Numbered from the stretch's first letter, positions 7,649 to 17,614 are shown. The stretch is DNA of 64,000 nucleotides from Christensenellaceae bacterium (GCA_045644385.1 JAZRGU010000007.1:1618-65617); one strand, 5' to 3'. Notes: a model not told the origin generated them from the letters alone. Numbers and translations: made by a program.

Positions 7649-8374
7649 TTACGTTTCAACGCTTGAATTTAACCCTTCTATGTTTTTAGAAACGGTTACA
7701 AGGTTAAAACCCTTTTCTTTTATTTTATCTATAATTTTTGGCAACGCGTTTAAGGTGTGAGTTTTTGGGTGCATTAAAATTAAATCGCCGTTAGATAAAT
7801 TATTAGTAGCCCTAGAAATTATAAGTGTTTCACTGTTATCGCGCCAGTCAATAGTGTCTTTTGACCACATTATAGTTTTGTACCCTAAATTATAACACAC
7901 CTTTAACGTCGTTTTAGAAAACGAGCCTGACGGCGGAGCAAACAAAGTTACGTTATACCCCGTAAGCGCTTTAATAATATTTGCGTTATCTTGAATTTCA
8001 CGCTTGTTTTGGGCTTCGCTTAAATTTTTATGGTCTTTATGAAAATATCCGTGATTTCCAAGTTCGTGGCCTTCGTTAATAATGCGCTTTAACGTTTCGG
8101 CGTTATCGTCCGCCCAACAACCGCCCACAAAAAAAGTTGCGGTTGCACCCTTTTCTTTTAACACGTTTAATATCTTGTTTACAGTTTGCGTATTTTCGTA
8201 AACGTTAAACATTAAAGATATATCTTTTTTTTCTTTATTGCCACTGTATATAGCGCCATAACCTTTACCACCGCTAATCGTTTGAGTTTTTTGTGGCAAA
8301 AACGAAACGGTAAATATAGCAACTATAATAATTGTTAAAATAACGTTAGTTAAAATTAATGTTTTTTTATTCAT
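7649..8374 (-). CDS. Polysaccharide deacetylase (NodB homology), PdaB-like
   Basis: 241 aa with a signal/anchor helix. ATFFVGGCWADDN, EGHELGNHGYFH and GDLILMHP resemble the sporulation deacetylase PdaB. Confidence 0.65.
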   Translation of the reverse strand: MNKKTLILTNVILTIIIVAIFTVSFLPQKTQTISGGKGYGAIYSGNKEKKDISLMFNVYENTQTVNKILNVLKEKGATATFFVGGCWADDNAETLKRIINEGHELGNHGYFHKDHKNLSEAQNKREIQDNANIIKALTGYNVTLFAPPSGSFSKTTLKVCYNLGYKTIMWSKDTIDWRDNSETLIISRATNNLSNGDLILMHPKTHTLNALPKIIDKIKEKGFNLVTVSKNIEGLNSSVET

Positions 8375-8424
8375 ACTTTTTGCAATCCTATTTATATATA
8401 TTGCAAAAAGAGTTGTAAAATTCC

Positions 8425-8955
8425 CTATGCTTTCTTAATTGATATACCGTTTTTTGTAAATAAACTAACTATTTGCTCTTTTGTGCCTACTACTATGTCG
8501 TTATAATCAAAAAAATACATAGTATTATCTTGCAAATAAAACGCAAGCCCTTGATTTGTTTTTTTAAGTAAGGTTACGTTTTTAAACATTATGGTATCTA
8601 ATATAACGGAGTTGCCTTGTTCTTTTTTAATTTCTATTCTCTTTTCTTTAAACAAGTACTCAATTTTTAATTCGGCTTTGTCAACGCCCATTTCTTTTAC
8701 TGCGTTTTGAACGCCTGTTTTAGAAGTTTTTATAGAATTCCATAACGGCAACACACAAATAACGCAAGCAAAAGCGCCCACTATAACGGAAAGCCAGTTA
8801 ATTTTTTCCGCCGTTAAACCACTTACTATATTCCACACGCCTACCGCAACCAATAAAACTGCTAAAACGATAGAAGTTATAATAGATTTTTTTAACGTTG
8901 CCTTATTCATTTTTTCTACTTTTTGTTTATCGTAATTACTTATAACTTTATACAT
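8425..8955 (-). CDS. Hypothetical membrane protein (2 TM helices plus a C-terminal beta-rich domain)
   Basis: 176-aa ORF with two adjacent hydrophobic helices. No motif was recognised. Confidence 0.4.
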   Translation of the reverse strand: MYKVISNYDKQKVEKMNKATLKKSIITSIVLAVLLVAVGVWNIVSGLTAEKINWLSVIVGAFACVICVLPLWNSIKTSKTGVQNAVKEMGVDKAELKIEYLFKEKRIEIKKEQGNSVILDTIMFKNVTLLKKTNQGLAFYLQDNTMYFFDYNDIVVGTKEQIVSLFTKNGISIKKA

Positions 8956-8959
8956 AATT

Positions 8960-9673
8960 TTAAAATGCCTCTAATATTTTTAACGTTACTTCTTTGTACG
9001 CGTCTACCGCTAATTTAACCATTTTGTTAAATTGTGTTGCTCCGCCTTCGCCGTCAGACACGGCTTTTATCATAATAAGTGGAATATTAGCCCTTTTGCA
9101 CACAAGCGCTATTCCCGCACTTTCCATATCGCAAACGGTTGCCCCGTATAATTTATTTAGTTTAGCCTTTAATTCTTTATTTTCTAAAAATTTATCCGCA
9201 GATGCGCAAATTGCAAATTTGGCGTCCTTTTTAACGCTTTTTACAACGTCAAACAACTCGCTTTTAACGTCAATTATAGGGCTATTAAATTCGGGATATT
9301 GCCCCACTACTACGTTGTCGGTTGCGGTTAAGTCAAAATCGTAATGAACTACACCGCTTATAAACACGGTGTCTAAAATATCGTTGCTACTTGTAAGCGT
9401 ACCGCATACGCCAAAGTTCATAATAACTTCGCAATTAAAAACGCCTATTAAAATACTAGTTGCGCTAGACGCACAAATTTCCCCTATACCGCTTTGGCAA
9501 ACGTAAAGAGTTTTATTTTTGCAAGCGTACTCGTATACGTTTAAACCGCAAACGCATTTTTTATCTACAAGCGTTCCAAGTTCGTTTAAAATGGGCGCTA
9601 ATTCTTTTTCCATAGCGACTACCATTCCTATTTTTTTAAATTTTTTATCGTACATTTTACACCTCTTTAACAA
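8960..9673 (-). CDS. mtnN: 5'-methylthioadenosine/S-adenosylhomocysteine nucleosidase
   Basis: 237 aa. KIGMVVAMEKE (like IGIIGAMEEE), CDMESAGIA and IKAVSD are characteristic of Pfs/MtnN. Confidence 0.8.
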   Translation of the reverse strand: MLKRCKMYDKKFKKIGMVVAMEKELAPILNELGTLVDKKCVCGLNVYEYACKNKTLYVCQSGIGEICASSATSILIGVFNCEVIMNFGVCGTLTSSNDILDTVFISGVVHYDFDLTATDNVVVGQYPEFNSPIIDVKSELFDVVKSVKKDAKFAICASADKFLENKELKAKLNKLYGATVCDMESAGIALVCKRANIPLIMIKAVSDGEGGATQFNKMVKLAVDAYKEVTLKILEAF

Positions 9674-9701
9674 AACGTAAAAATTATTAATAAACTGTAA
9701 T

Positions 9702-10313
9702 ATGAAAGTTTTTATATATGATAACGGATTAGATTTAACAAACTACAAGGTTGCGTTAAAAAACATAAACGTAGAATACGTTTTTAGTAAAGACGTTACG
9801 CTTTCAACTAGTTGCAACGCGCTACTTTTAACGGGTGGCGGAAATATAATTCCGTATTTATACGGCGAGCCTAAAAAACTAGGTCAAACTTACGATTGCG
9901 AAACGGATATTGCCGAAATGTATTTACTAAAACAGTTCGTTTTAAAAAAGCAAACGGTAGTGGGCGTATGCAAAGGTATGCAAGTTATAAACGTGTTTTT
10001 TGGCGGAACGCTAAAAGAAACTGAAACGTGCCATTACTGTGAAAATAAAGATATATTTCACTCTATTAAATTAACCGACGGCAGTTTTTTACGCCCCGCT
10101 TTTACAAAAAATATGCTAGTAAACTCTTCACATAAAGAAGAACTTAAATACGTACCTAAAACGCTTGAAATTTGCGCAACTAGTAAAATAGGAAACGTAA
10201 TTGAAGCAATAAAACACAAAACCTTGCCTATTTACGGCGTTCAATTCCACCCAGAACGTATGGGCAACTTTTTTTCTAACGCATTTTACGGCTTATTTTT
10301 TAAACGCAACTAA
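9702..10313 (+). CDS. Class I glutamine amidotransferase-like hydrolase (peptidase C26 / PuuD-like)
   Basis: 203 aa with the nucleophile motif GVCKGMQVIN and a C-terminal VQFHPE. Confidence 0.7.
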   Translation: MKVFIYDNGLDLTNYKVALKNINVEYVFSKDVTLSTSCNALLLTGGGNIIPYLYGEPKKLGQTYDCETDIAEMYLLKQFVLKKQTVVGVCKGMQVINVFFGGTLKETETCHYCENKDIFHSIKLTDGSFLRPAFTKNMLVNSSHKEELKYVPKTLEICATSKIGNVIEAIKHKTLPIYGVQFHPERMGNFFSNAFYGLFFKRN

Positions 10314-10322
10314 TCGTTTATT

Positions 10323-11744
10323 TTATTCCGTCATCATCTTGCACCAAACCGGTGCTTTTTGAGTAAATTCCTCGTTATTTTGAGTGCGTTTAAGCATATC
10401 TAAAAGGTTGTAAGAAGCGTTATCGTCCCTATCAAGATAACGCCTTACGGAATAAGACGCTTCAAGTTCTTTTTCGTTTAAAAGCAACTCGTCTTTTCTA
10501 GTTCCGGAACGGTAAAGGTCTATTGCAGGAAAAATACGTCTTTCGGATAGTTGACGCGATAAAATAATTTCCATATTTCCCGTTCCTTTAAATTCTTCGT
10601 AAATAACGTCGTCCATTTTAGAACCCGTATCAACAAGCGCGGTTGAAAGTATAGTTAAACTGCCACCGCCTTCAATATTTCTTGCCGAGCCGAAAAACTT
10701 TTTAGGTGCTTGAAGCGCTATTGGGTCAATACCGCCCGAAAGCGTTTTACCGCTAGACGGAACAATCGCGTTGTACGCACGCGTTAATTTGGTTATAGAG
10801 TCAAGTAAAATTACAACGTCTTTACCTTCTTCTACCAATCGTTTACACCTATTTAAAACGAGTTCAGCCGCCCTTATGTGATGGTCGGGAGTTTCGTCAA
10901 ACGTAGAATATACTACTTCGCCCTTACAATAACGCTTTAAATCGGTAACTTCTTCTGGTCTTTCGTCTATAAGTAAAACTATAAGATGAATATCGGGGTG
11001 ATTAACTTCTATTGACTTTGCAATTTTTTTAAGCAAAGTAGTTTTGCCCGCTTTTGGCGGAGCAACTATAAGCCCCCTTTGCCCTTTACCTATTGGGCAT
11101 AAAAGGTCTATTGCCCTAATAGACAAATCGCTTTCGTTTTCTTTTAATTCTAGCGTTATTCTTTCATCGGGATAGCAAGGCGTTAAATCGTCAAAATGCG
11201 GTCTAATTCTATCATTATCGTAAGGCCTTCCGTTAAGCGAAATAATCTTTTTTAAAGACGGCGAAGAATTGTCGTGCATTTTTTCGGCAACGCCCTCTAC
11301 GTAATCGCCACGCCTTAATTTAAAATTTCTTATGGCAACTTTTGAAACGTAAATATCGGAAGATACGTCCGCTTCGTAGTTTTCGCCACGCATAAAGGCG
11401 TAACCGTCGCTATGAAACTCTAATATGCCCTTAACGACGTTTTCTTTACCATTTTGATTTTTATACTCAATAACGGAAGTTTCTTCGTCCTCACTTTTTA
11501 ATTCTACCGTATAGTCTTGGTCTTCACTTTCGCCAACTTGCTTGTTGTATTCTAAATCGGTTAACCTAGGCTTTCTTCCCTTTCCGCTTTTGTTTGGAAT
11601 AAGTTCGCCCGACTGTATTTGTAAAATGTATTCTATAAGTTCATTTTTATTTCTTGAAGAAGGAGTTCCGCCAAGCGCCCTAGCAATTTTGCGTAAAGAC
11701 TCAACACCCATAATTTTTTCTAAATAATCTCTTGAATATTTCAT
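10323..11744 (-). CDS. rho: Transcription termination factor Rho
   Basis: 473 aa with the Rho N-terminal domain, a cold-shock-like RNA-binding region and Walker [16 protein letters not shown]. An acidic/low-complexity N-terminal insert is present. Confidence 0.95.
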   Translation of the reverse strand: MKYSRDYLEKIMGVESLRKIARALGGTPSSRNKNELIEYILQIQSGELIPNKSGKGRKPRLTDLEYNKQVGESEDQDYTVELKSEDEETSVIEYKNQNGKENVVKGILEFHSDGYAFMRGENYEADVSSDIYVSKVAIRNFKLRRGDYVEGVAEKMHDNSSPSLKKIISLNGRPYDNDRIRPHFDDLTPCYPDERITLELKENESDLSIRAIDLLCPIGKGQRGLIVAPPKAGKTTLLKKIAKSIEVNHPDIHLIVLLIDERPEEVTDLKRYCKGEVVYSTFDETPDHHIRAAELVLNRCKRLVEEGKDVVILLDSITKLTRAYNAIVPSSGKTLSGGIDPIALQAPKKFFGSARNIEGGGSLTILSTALVDTGSKMDDVIYEEFKGTGNMEIILSRQLSERRIFPAIDLYRSGTRKDELLLNEKELEASYSVRRYLDRDDNASYNLLDMLKRTQNNEEFTQKAPVWCKMMTE

Positions 11745-11753
11745 AATAACCTC

Positions 11754-12347
11754 CTATCTTTCTACGTTAATTATCACGCACTTGTCGTTTTTATTATAAA
11801 TATACGGACTTTTACTTTCTATATATTCGCCTATTAATTTTTTAAACTCTAATTCGTCTTGAATATCTATCGTGCTACCTAGCGTTTTATAATGCATTGG
11901 TATAACGGTTTTTGGCTTTATTGCGTTTATATATTCTATTGCGCCTTTACTATCTATCGTGTATACCGAGCCTATTGGAATAAGCAAAACGTCTACGTCG
12001 TTTACGTTTATAATCTCTTTATTCAGCCTTTCGCCAATATCGCCTAAAAAACAAAACTTTACTCCGTCTAAAACAAAAATTAAAGCGTTGTTTAAACCGC
12101 GCAAAGCACCTAAATTTTGGTCGTGAAAAGTTTTTATAATTTTAAAATTAGAACCGCTAGTTACTTTGCTTTTATAATTTACAAGCGCCCTGTTATTATG
12201 GTCAAAATGCTCGTGCGAGCAAAAAATATAGTCGGCTTTAACTTTAACTTCTTTTAGCCCTACGTTTTTAAAAGGGTCTAACGCAATAGAATAACTATCG
12301 CCCTCTATTAAAAAATAAGAGTGCCCAAAATAATTTATTTTAATCAT
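11754..12347 (-). CDS. Metallo-beta-lactamase-fold hydrolase
   Basis: 197 aa with an SHEHFDH metal motif (HxHxDH). Confidence 0.7.
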   Translation of the reverse strand: MIKINYFGHSYFLIEGDSYSIALDPFKNVGLKEVKVKADYIFCSHEHFDHNNRALVNYKSKVTSGSNFKIIKTFHDQNLGALRGLNNALIFVLDGVKFCFLGDIGERLNKEIINVNDVDVLLIPIGSVYTIDSKGAIEYINAIKPKTVIPMHYKTLGSTIDIQDELEFKKLIGEYIESKSPYIYNKNDKCVIINVER

Positions 12348-12738
12348 TAAAAACCTCCGCCGTTAGCGTTATATTACGCCTGTCAACGTCTTTATTTAAA
12401 ATAAAATCGTAATCAATGTTAAGTTCAAGTTTGTTTGTGAAAATTTTAGAAGATATAGAATTTGTTTTTGCCTCGGCAAACATAGAAAAATTATTAGAAT
12501 AAACAGTAAAAGGATAATTGACGTTTTTTTTGAATTTTATTTGATATTTTGCACTTCCCGTGCATTTTAATAGACAAGACCCGTCTTTAAAAACTATAAA
12601 CGTAAAACTTTGGCTAGTATCGGCAGATAAAAAAGTTGTTTTAAGTTTGCCGTCTACTTCTAAAAACGTGCCCTTCGTTTTATAATGGTTTACTTCGCCG
12701 TTTATTTTAGAAGAATATAAAATATTACAATTAATCAT
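12340..12738 (-). CDS. Hypothetical protein, possibly a DUF1934-like beta-barrel
   Basis: The 132-aa beta-rich ORF overlaps the next gene by 8 nt. No SD is present. A TTTACA-17-TAATAT promoter ends 11 nt before the ATG. Confidence 0.35.
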   Translation of the reverse strand: MINCNILYSSKINGEVNHYKTKGTFLEVDGKLKTTFLSADTSQSFTFIVFKDGSCLLKCTGSAKYQIKFKKNVNYPFTVYSNNFSMFAEAKTNSISSKIFTNKLELNIDYDFILNKDVDRRNITLTAEVFND

Positions 12739-12855
12739 AAATTATACTAATATTACACTATTTTGTTCAAAATGTAAAGGGTTATTATAAAAATTTAGAT
12801 TAAAATTGTGCAAAATATGTAAATTTATATAGAAAACTGCAAGTTGCCTTAACGC

Positions 12856-12907
12856 AATAAAAAATGCAAGTGGCTTAACGCTTTAAAAATCGCTTTTTGC
12901 CACTTGC
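12856..12907 (-). terminator. Intrinsic terminator after the FAD-dependent gene, with its 3' arm duplicated
   Basis: On the minus strand the GCAAGTGGC ... GCCACTTGC stem is followed by ATTTTTTATT. A second copy of the arm (tgcaagttgccttaacgc, 12838-12855) lies 27 nt away. Confidence 0.55.
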
Positions 12908-12955
12908 TTTAAATTTTATAAATATTTTTTGTTAATTTTACAGTTGTTTATTGAT

Positions 12956-14485
12956 TTAGGAGTATTTTTCGTTAATTTTTTGAGCAATTTTTTTACCGTC
13001 TGCACCGGCGCTTGCAATACCACCTGCATAACCGCACCCCTCGCCACACGGATATAAATTAGTTGCGCTTACGCTGTTACCTAGTTCCGTTCTAGTAACG
13101 CGCACGGGCGACGACGTTCTAGACTCAACGCCCGTCAAAACGGCGTCGTAACTATCAAAGCATTTAATTCTTTTTGCCATATCTTTTATTGCAAACTTTA
13201 AAGTTTCGTCAACAAATTTTGGCAAAAGTAAAGATAAACTAACAAATTTTACACCCATTTGATAAGTCGGTTTAACGCCGTAAAAACCACTTGAAACTTT
13301 ATTAGATAAATAATCGCCAACTAATTGCGCGGGGGCTGAATAATCTTCGCCACCCAACAAAAAGGCTTTTTGTTCTAAATTTTTTAAAAAGTTTAATCCG
13401 CCGAAAACACCGCTTTCAAAATCGCTTTTTTTAACTTGAACTACAACGGCTGAATTTGAATTTTCGCCGTCCCTTAAAAAATTGCTCATACCGTTTACCA
13501 CTACGGTATTTTTAGTGGACGACGACGGCATTACGTATCCGCCCGGACACATACAAAAAGTAAACGCGCCCCTGCCGTTATATGAAGAAGTTAACTTATA
13601 GTCGGCACTAGGTAAATTTTTATAGTCTTTGTACTTTTCGCCGTATTGCGATAAGTTTATATCTTTGTTTAAATGCTCAATTCTAACGCCTACGGCAAAC
13701 TCCTTGCTTTCCATAAAAACGCCGTTTTTATGTAGCATTTCGTAAACGTCGCGCGCGCTGTGGCCAACGCATAATACTACGTCGTCAAAACTTTCGCACC
13801 TATCGTTAATAGTTACACTTACCACCTTTCCGTCTTTAATTTTAATATCGGTTAGTTTGGTGTTAAATAAAACTCTACCGCCAAGTGAAATAATTTGCTC
13901 TCTAATATTTTTTACTACTTTTGGCAAATTGTCGCTACCGATATGTGGTTTTGCTAAATACCCAACTTCGCTAGGCGCACCAAAATTTACAAAATCTTTA
14001 ATAACTTCTTTAACGTAAACGCTATTTACGTTAGTGTTTAACTTACCGTCCGAAAAAGTGCCTGCACCACCCTCGCCAAACTGAATATTGCTTTCTTCGT
14101 CTAAAATCCTAGTATTAATAAACCCGTCTACACTCGCCTTTCTTTCTTCAACTTTCTTTCCGCGTTCAATCAAAGTAACGTTATGCCCATACCTTAATAA
14201 ATCAAGGGCGCAAAACAATCCGGAAGGGCCTGCGCCAACAACCAAAATATCGGCTTTTTTTAATGGCTTTTTATATTCGCGACTAGCCTCTTTTTCTACT
14301 TTTGAAGAAACTTCTACCGAATATACGTAAAATATATTGTTTTTATCGCGCGCGTCAATAGATTTTTTAATAATTTTAAAGTGTTTTAAATCGTTTTTAT
14401 TTATTTTTGCCATTTTTAAGGCTTTAAACTTCAACTCGTCTACACCGCTATTTATTGGCATTTTTATATTTTGTAAAACAATCAT
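12956..14485 (-). CDS. FAD-dependent oxidoreductase (COG2509-like)
   Basis: 509 aa with the dinucleotide-binding motif VVGAGPSGLFCAL. Confidence 0.7.
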   Translation of the reverse strand: MIVLQNIKMPINSGVDELKFKALKMAKINKNDLKHFKIIKKSIDARDKNNIFYVYSVEVSSKVEKEASREYKKPLKKADILVVGAGPSGLFCALDLLRYGHNVTLIERGKKVEERKASVDGFINTRILDEESNIQFGEGGAGTFSDGKLNTNVNSVYVKEVIKDFVNFGAPSEVGYLAKPHIGSDNLPKVVKNIREQIISLGGRVLFNTKLTDIKIKDGKVVSVTINDRCESFDDVVLCVGHSARDVYEMLHKNGVFMESKEFAVGVRIEHLNKDINLSQYGEKYKDYKNLPSADYKLTSSYNGRGAFTFCMCPGGYVMPSSSTKNTVVVNGMSNFLRDGENSNSAVVVQVKKSDFESGVFGGLNFLKNLEQKAFLLGGEDYSAPAQLVGDYLSNKVSSGFYGVKPTYQMGVKFVSLSLLLPKFVDETLKFAIKDMAKRIKCFDSYDAVLTGVESRTSSPVRVTRTELGNSVSATNLYPCGEGCGYAGGIASAGADGKKIAQKINEKYS

Positions 14486-15708
14486 TTTATAGCCTCGCTA
14501 ACGGCGCACGCCGAAGCAAACGCCCACTGTAAATTGTAACCGCCACAATCGCCGTCAACGTCTAAAACTTCACCACAAGCGTAAAGACCTTTTAAAAGTT
14601 TACTTTCTAACGTAACGCAATCAAAATCGTTTAAACTAACGCCACCGCGAGTAACTTGCGAGTTGTCAAACCCAGCCGTGCCCTCTACTTTAAGTTCGTA
14701 ATTTTTAACGGCGTTAATTACCTTATTAACGTTAATTTCGCTAATATTTTTAGTTAAATCTAGCCCTAAACAGTTTTTTAATATAGACGACGCAATTTTA
14801 TTGTTAATAACGCCCATTAACGCATATTCAACCGTTAAATACGGGCAATTTTTAATTTTGTTAATTATTTGTAGTTTTAATTCTTCTTCGCTTAATTGCG
14901 GGCAAAAATCTATTATAACTTTTGTGTCGCTTTCGCCCGTTAAATACGAAGACGCACTAAACACGGCGTTTCCGCTAACGCCGTAATCGGTAAATAAAAC
15001 GTCCCCTAAAAAAGAGCATACTTCTTTATCTTTTACACAACCTTTTAAAAGAACCTTTTGCTTTAAACCTTTTAGTCCTTTAATTTTAGATTTTTCCGTC
15101 TTTAACTGTACGATTGACGGGTGTAATTTTGTTAATTTATGCCCAAATTTTGTAAGTAAGGAATAACTAGTTCCGTCAGTTCCAAGGTGCGAGGCAGATT
15201 TTCCGCCCGTTGCCACTATTACCGTATTAGAAGTTAAAATTTCGCCGTTATTTAGCGTTACGTAAAATAGCGAATTTTGTTTTTTTATATCAACTACGTA
15301 GCCGTTTAATAAAACCCTTGTATTTAAACTTTCTAATTTAAACCTTAACGCGTCAACCACCGAAGACGCTTGTTTAGATAGCGGATAATATTTATCGCCG
15401 TCAAGAGTAGATAAAACGCCTAAATTTTGTAAATAGTCAACAAAACTTTTGTTTGAATAATTTTCTAAAATGCCAGATATTTTATGAATATTTTGACCGT
15501 GATAATATTTTAAGCCAACGTCTTTATTAGAAAAATTACATTGACCGTTTCCGCTTACTAACAGTTTTTTTGCAAGGCGAGGCGACCTTTCAATAACAGC
15601 AACGTTTTTACCTCCAAATTTGGTAGATAGGTTGATTGCGCTAATAATTCCGGAAGCGCCACCACCTATTATAATTGCCTTAATTTGCCCTGATGTTTCC
15701 TTATTCAT
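14482..15708 (-). CDS. HI0933/BaiN-family flavoprotein
   Basis: 408 aa with an IIIGGGASGIISA Rossmann motif and a C-terminal GEVLDVDGDCGGYNLQWA typical of the HI0933-like family. Confidence 0.75.
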   Translation of the reverse strand: MNKETSGQIKAIIIGGGASGIISAINLSTKFGGKNVAVIERSPRLAKKLLVSGNGQCNFSNKDVGLKYYHGQNIHKISGILENYSNKSFVDYLQNLGVLSTLDGDKYYPLSKQASSVVDALRFKLESLNTRVLLNGYVVDIKKQNSLFYVTLNNGEILTSNTVIVATGGKSASHLGTDGTSYSLLTKFGHKLTKLHPSIVQLKTEKSKIKGLKGLKQKVLLKGCVKDKEVCSFLGDVLFTDYGVSGNAVFSASSYLTGESDTKVIIDFCPQLSEEELKLQIINKIKNCPYLTVEYALMGVINNKIASSILKNCLGLDLTKNISEINVNKVINAVKNYELKVEGTAGFDNSQVTRGGVSLNDFDCVTLESKLLKGLYACGEVLDVDGDCGGYNLQWAFASACAVSEAIK

Positions 15709-15829
15709 CTTTATTGCCTCCCTATTAAAAATTATTTTATCACTTTTACCTTAATTTTGCAACGTTTGAGTTGACTATTTAATAAAAAAGATATAAAATA
15801 TTATCGTAGATATACATTAAGAGGTATTT

Positions 15830-16837
15830 ATGGAAAAATTAAAAGATTTTCTTATAAACGTATACGAAAACTATATGCATTACGTTGCAATCGCCATAGT
15901 TGCGCTTGCAGTTTTAATAGTATTTATTATTATAATTACAAAGGTGCAATCAAATAAAATTAAAAACCGCACTTATAAAAACGCAGGGGCAAAAGCGGTA
16001 AACGAATTGACGCCGGAAGAAATAGATAATATTTCTAACAACGTTGCAGACAAGTCTACTCTTTTAAAATACATTAACGAAGAAACTGAAAAATCTAATA
16101 AACCAAAAAAAACAAAACAGAGTAAATCAAACGTAAAAACCAACGTTAAAAACGAAGAAAACAGTGCCGAAAATGCGCCCATAACAGAAACTCAAACTAA
16201 AAAAGAAACTAAAAGCGTTGCCAAAAAAACTAAAAAAGAAGTTAAAGATAATACGGCAAATATAGTAGACAAAGTTAACGTTGACGCAGGCGAAACCAAC
16301 GTGCAACAACCTTTAAATAACGCTAGCGAAACTACTTCTACGGCGGAAAATAAACCTTCTACAAAAACGGCTAAAACGGAAACAAAATCTACCACCACAA
16401 AACCTAAAACGGAAATAAAATCTACTACCACAAAAACTAAAACGACTTCTAAAAAAACGCCGAAAGAACCTTCAACTCAAAAGCAAACCGAAAAAAAACG
16501 TCAATATATGGGCAAGTGGAAAATTATTGAAGAAGACGGTAGATTTCGCGCCGAATTAATCGCTTCAAACGGTGGCGTGCTTTTAAAAACGGAAAGTTAC
16601 ACTACCCTAACGGGAGTTAAAAACGGTATTGAAACTATCAAAAAGAACGTTGATAGCGGTCGTTTTGCAATAAGCATTGATAAATACAACCATTTTAGAT
16701 TTAAACTTTTTTCAGGAGCAAACCGCTTAATTTGTATAAGTGAAGACTATTCAAGTAAAGCAAAATGTGAAAACGGAATAGAATCGGTTAAACGCTTTGC
16801 AAAAGACGCAACTGTAATTATAGAAGAAAATCAATAA
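15830..16837 (+). CDS. Membrane-anchored protein with a Lys/Thr-rich linker and two C-terminal YegP/DUF1508 repeats
   Basis: 335 aa. One N-terminal TM helix is followed by about 190 aa of low-complexity K/T/E/N sequence. Then come GKWKIIEEDGRFRAELIASNGGVLLKTESYTTLTGVKNGIETIKKNV and FRFKLFSGANRLICISEDYSSKAKCENGIESVKRFA, which fit the DUF1508 pattern. Confidence 0.65.
   Translation: MEKLKDFLINVYENYMHYVAIAIVALAVLIVFIIIITKVQSNKIKNRTYKNAGAKAVNELTPEEIDNISNNVADKSTLLKYINEETEKSNKPKKTKQSKSNVKTNVKNEENSAENAPITETQTKKETKSVAKKTKKEVKDNTANIVDKVNVDAGETNVQQPLNNASETTSTAENKPSTKTAKTETKSTTTKPKTEIKSTTTKTKTTSKKTPKEPSTQKQTEKKRQYMGKWKIIEEDGRFRAELIASNGGVLLKTESYTTLTGVKNGIETIKKNVDSGRFAISIDKYNHFRFKLFSGANRLICISEDYSSKAKCENGIESVKRFAKDATVIIEENQ
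16373..16450 (+). repeat. 33-bp in-frame tandem repeat (about 2.3 copies) inside the Lys/Thr-rich linker
   Basis: aaaacggaaacaaaatctaccaccacaaaacct (16373-16405) and aaaacggaaataaaatctactaccacaaaaact (16406-16438) encode KTE(T/I)KSTTTK(P/T). Confidence 0.8.
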
Positions 16838-16990
16838 TAAATTGTAATTATAAAAATATCAAATATAATTACGTAAGTTAGTATAACAATATAAAAACCT
16901 TGGCTTTTATAAAGTCAAGGTTAATTTTTTTGTAATTTTATGTATTAAAAGTTTAAACAAGGGAAATTATAATAGCAAGGAGAAATTATT

Positions 16991-17494
16991 ATGATTGCAA
17001 TTTGTTTGATTTTTAGTGGTATTGCTTTCTTTTTAAACGGCTTTTTACCACTCATTGACCAAAACGATAATAACGAAATTGTTATTATTAACGTACTTTC
17101 AGGCTTTATAGTATCAATACTATCAATGTTTGGAATTTTAACCGGCGTAGACGGTGGAATACAACTTTTATACGCTTCTACCCTTCTTTTAGGTATAACG
17201 CACTTGTACATTTCTGCAATTGCCATTTGGGACTTATCCGAAGAAAGCCTTGGCTGGTTTTCGGCTTTAATTGCACTAATTACAATAGCACTTGGCGTAT
17301 ACTATTTAGTATCGGGCGCTATGACGCTTGGTTTTATGTGGCTTATTTGGTCGCTTATTTGGGTTGCGTACTTCGTTTCACGCGGATTAAACGTTTTAAA
17401 AACGGCGTCTAGTTGGGTAATTATGCTTGAAGGTTTAGTAGCCTTAATAGGTGCAGGTATGCTTATTTTTATGGGCATAGTAGTTCTTGTTTAA
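16991..17494 (+). CDS. AmiS/UreI-family channel-like membrane protein
   Basis: 167 aa with 6 predicted TM segments. My recollection of H. pylori UreI aligns by eye at FLNG, HLYISAIAIWDL, WLIWSLIWVAYF and MLEGLVALIGAGMLIF. An AAGGAG SD is present. Confidence 0.5.
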   Translation: MIAICLIFSGIAFFLNGFLPLIDQNDNNEIVIINVLSGFIVSILSMFGILTGVDGGIQLLYASTLLLGITHLYISAIAIWDLSEESLGWFSALIALITIALGVYYLVSGAMTLGFMWLIWSLIWVAYFVSRGLNVLKTASSWVIMLEGLVALIGAGMLIFMGIVVLV

Positions 17495-17614
17495 TTAAAA
17501 AAAAATTACAACTTGGGTTTGCCCTATTATCGACTAGAATTAAAACAAATTTCTAGTTTAAATTAAAAAGAGAGTTAGAAGCAAAATTCTAATTCTTTTT
17601 TTTTGCAAAAATAT

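Noticed and set aside
15973-16431. Three minus-strand ORFs (60-79 aa) inside the YegP-fusion gene
   Set aside because: They are antisense to the Lys/Thr-rich low-complexity linker, where A-rich codons read as Phe/Val/Leu-rich shadow frames. No start signals are present.
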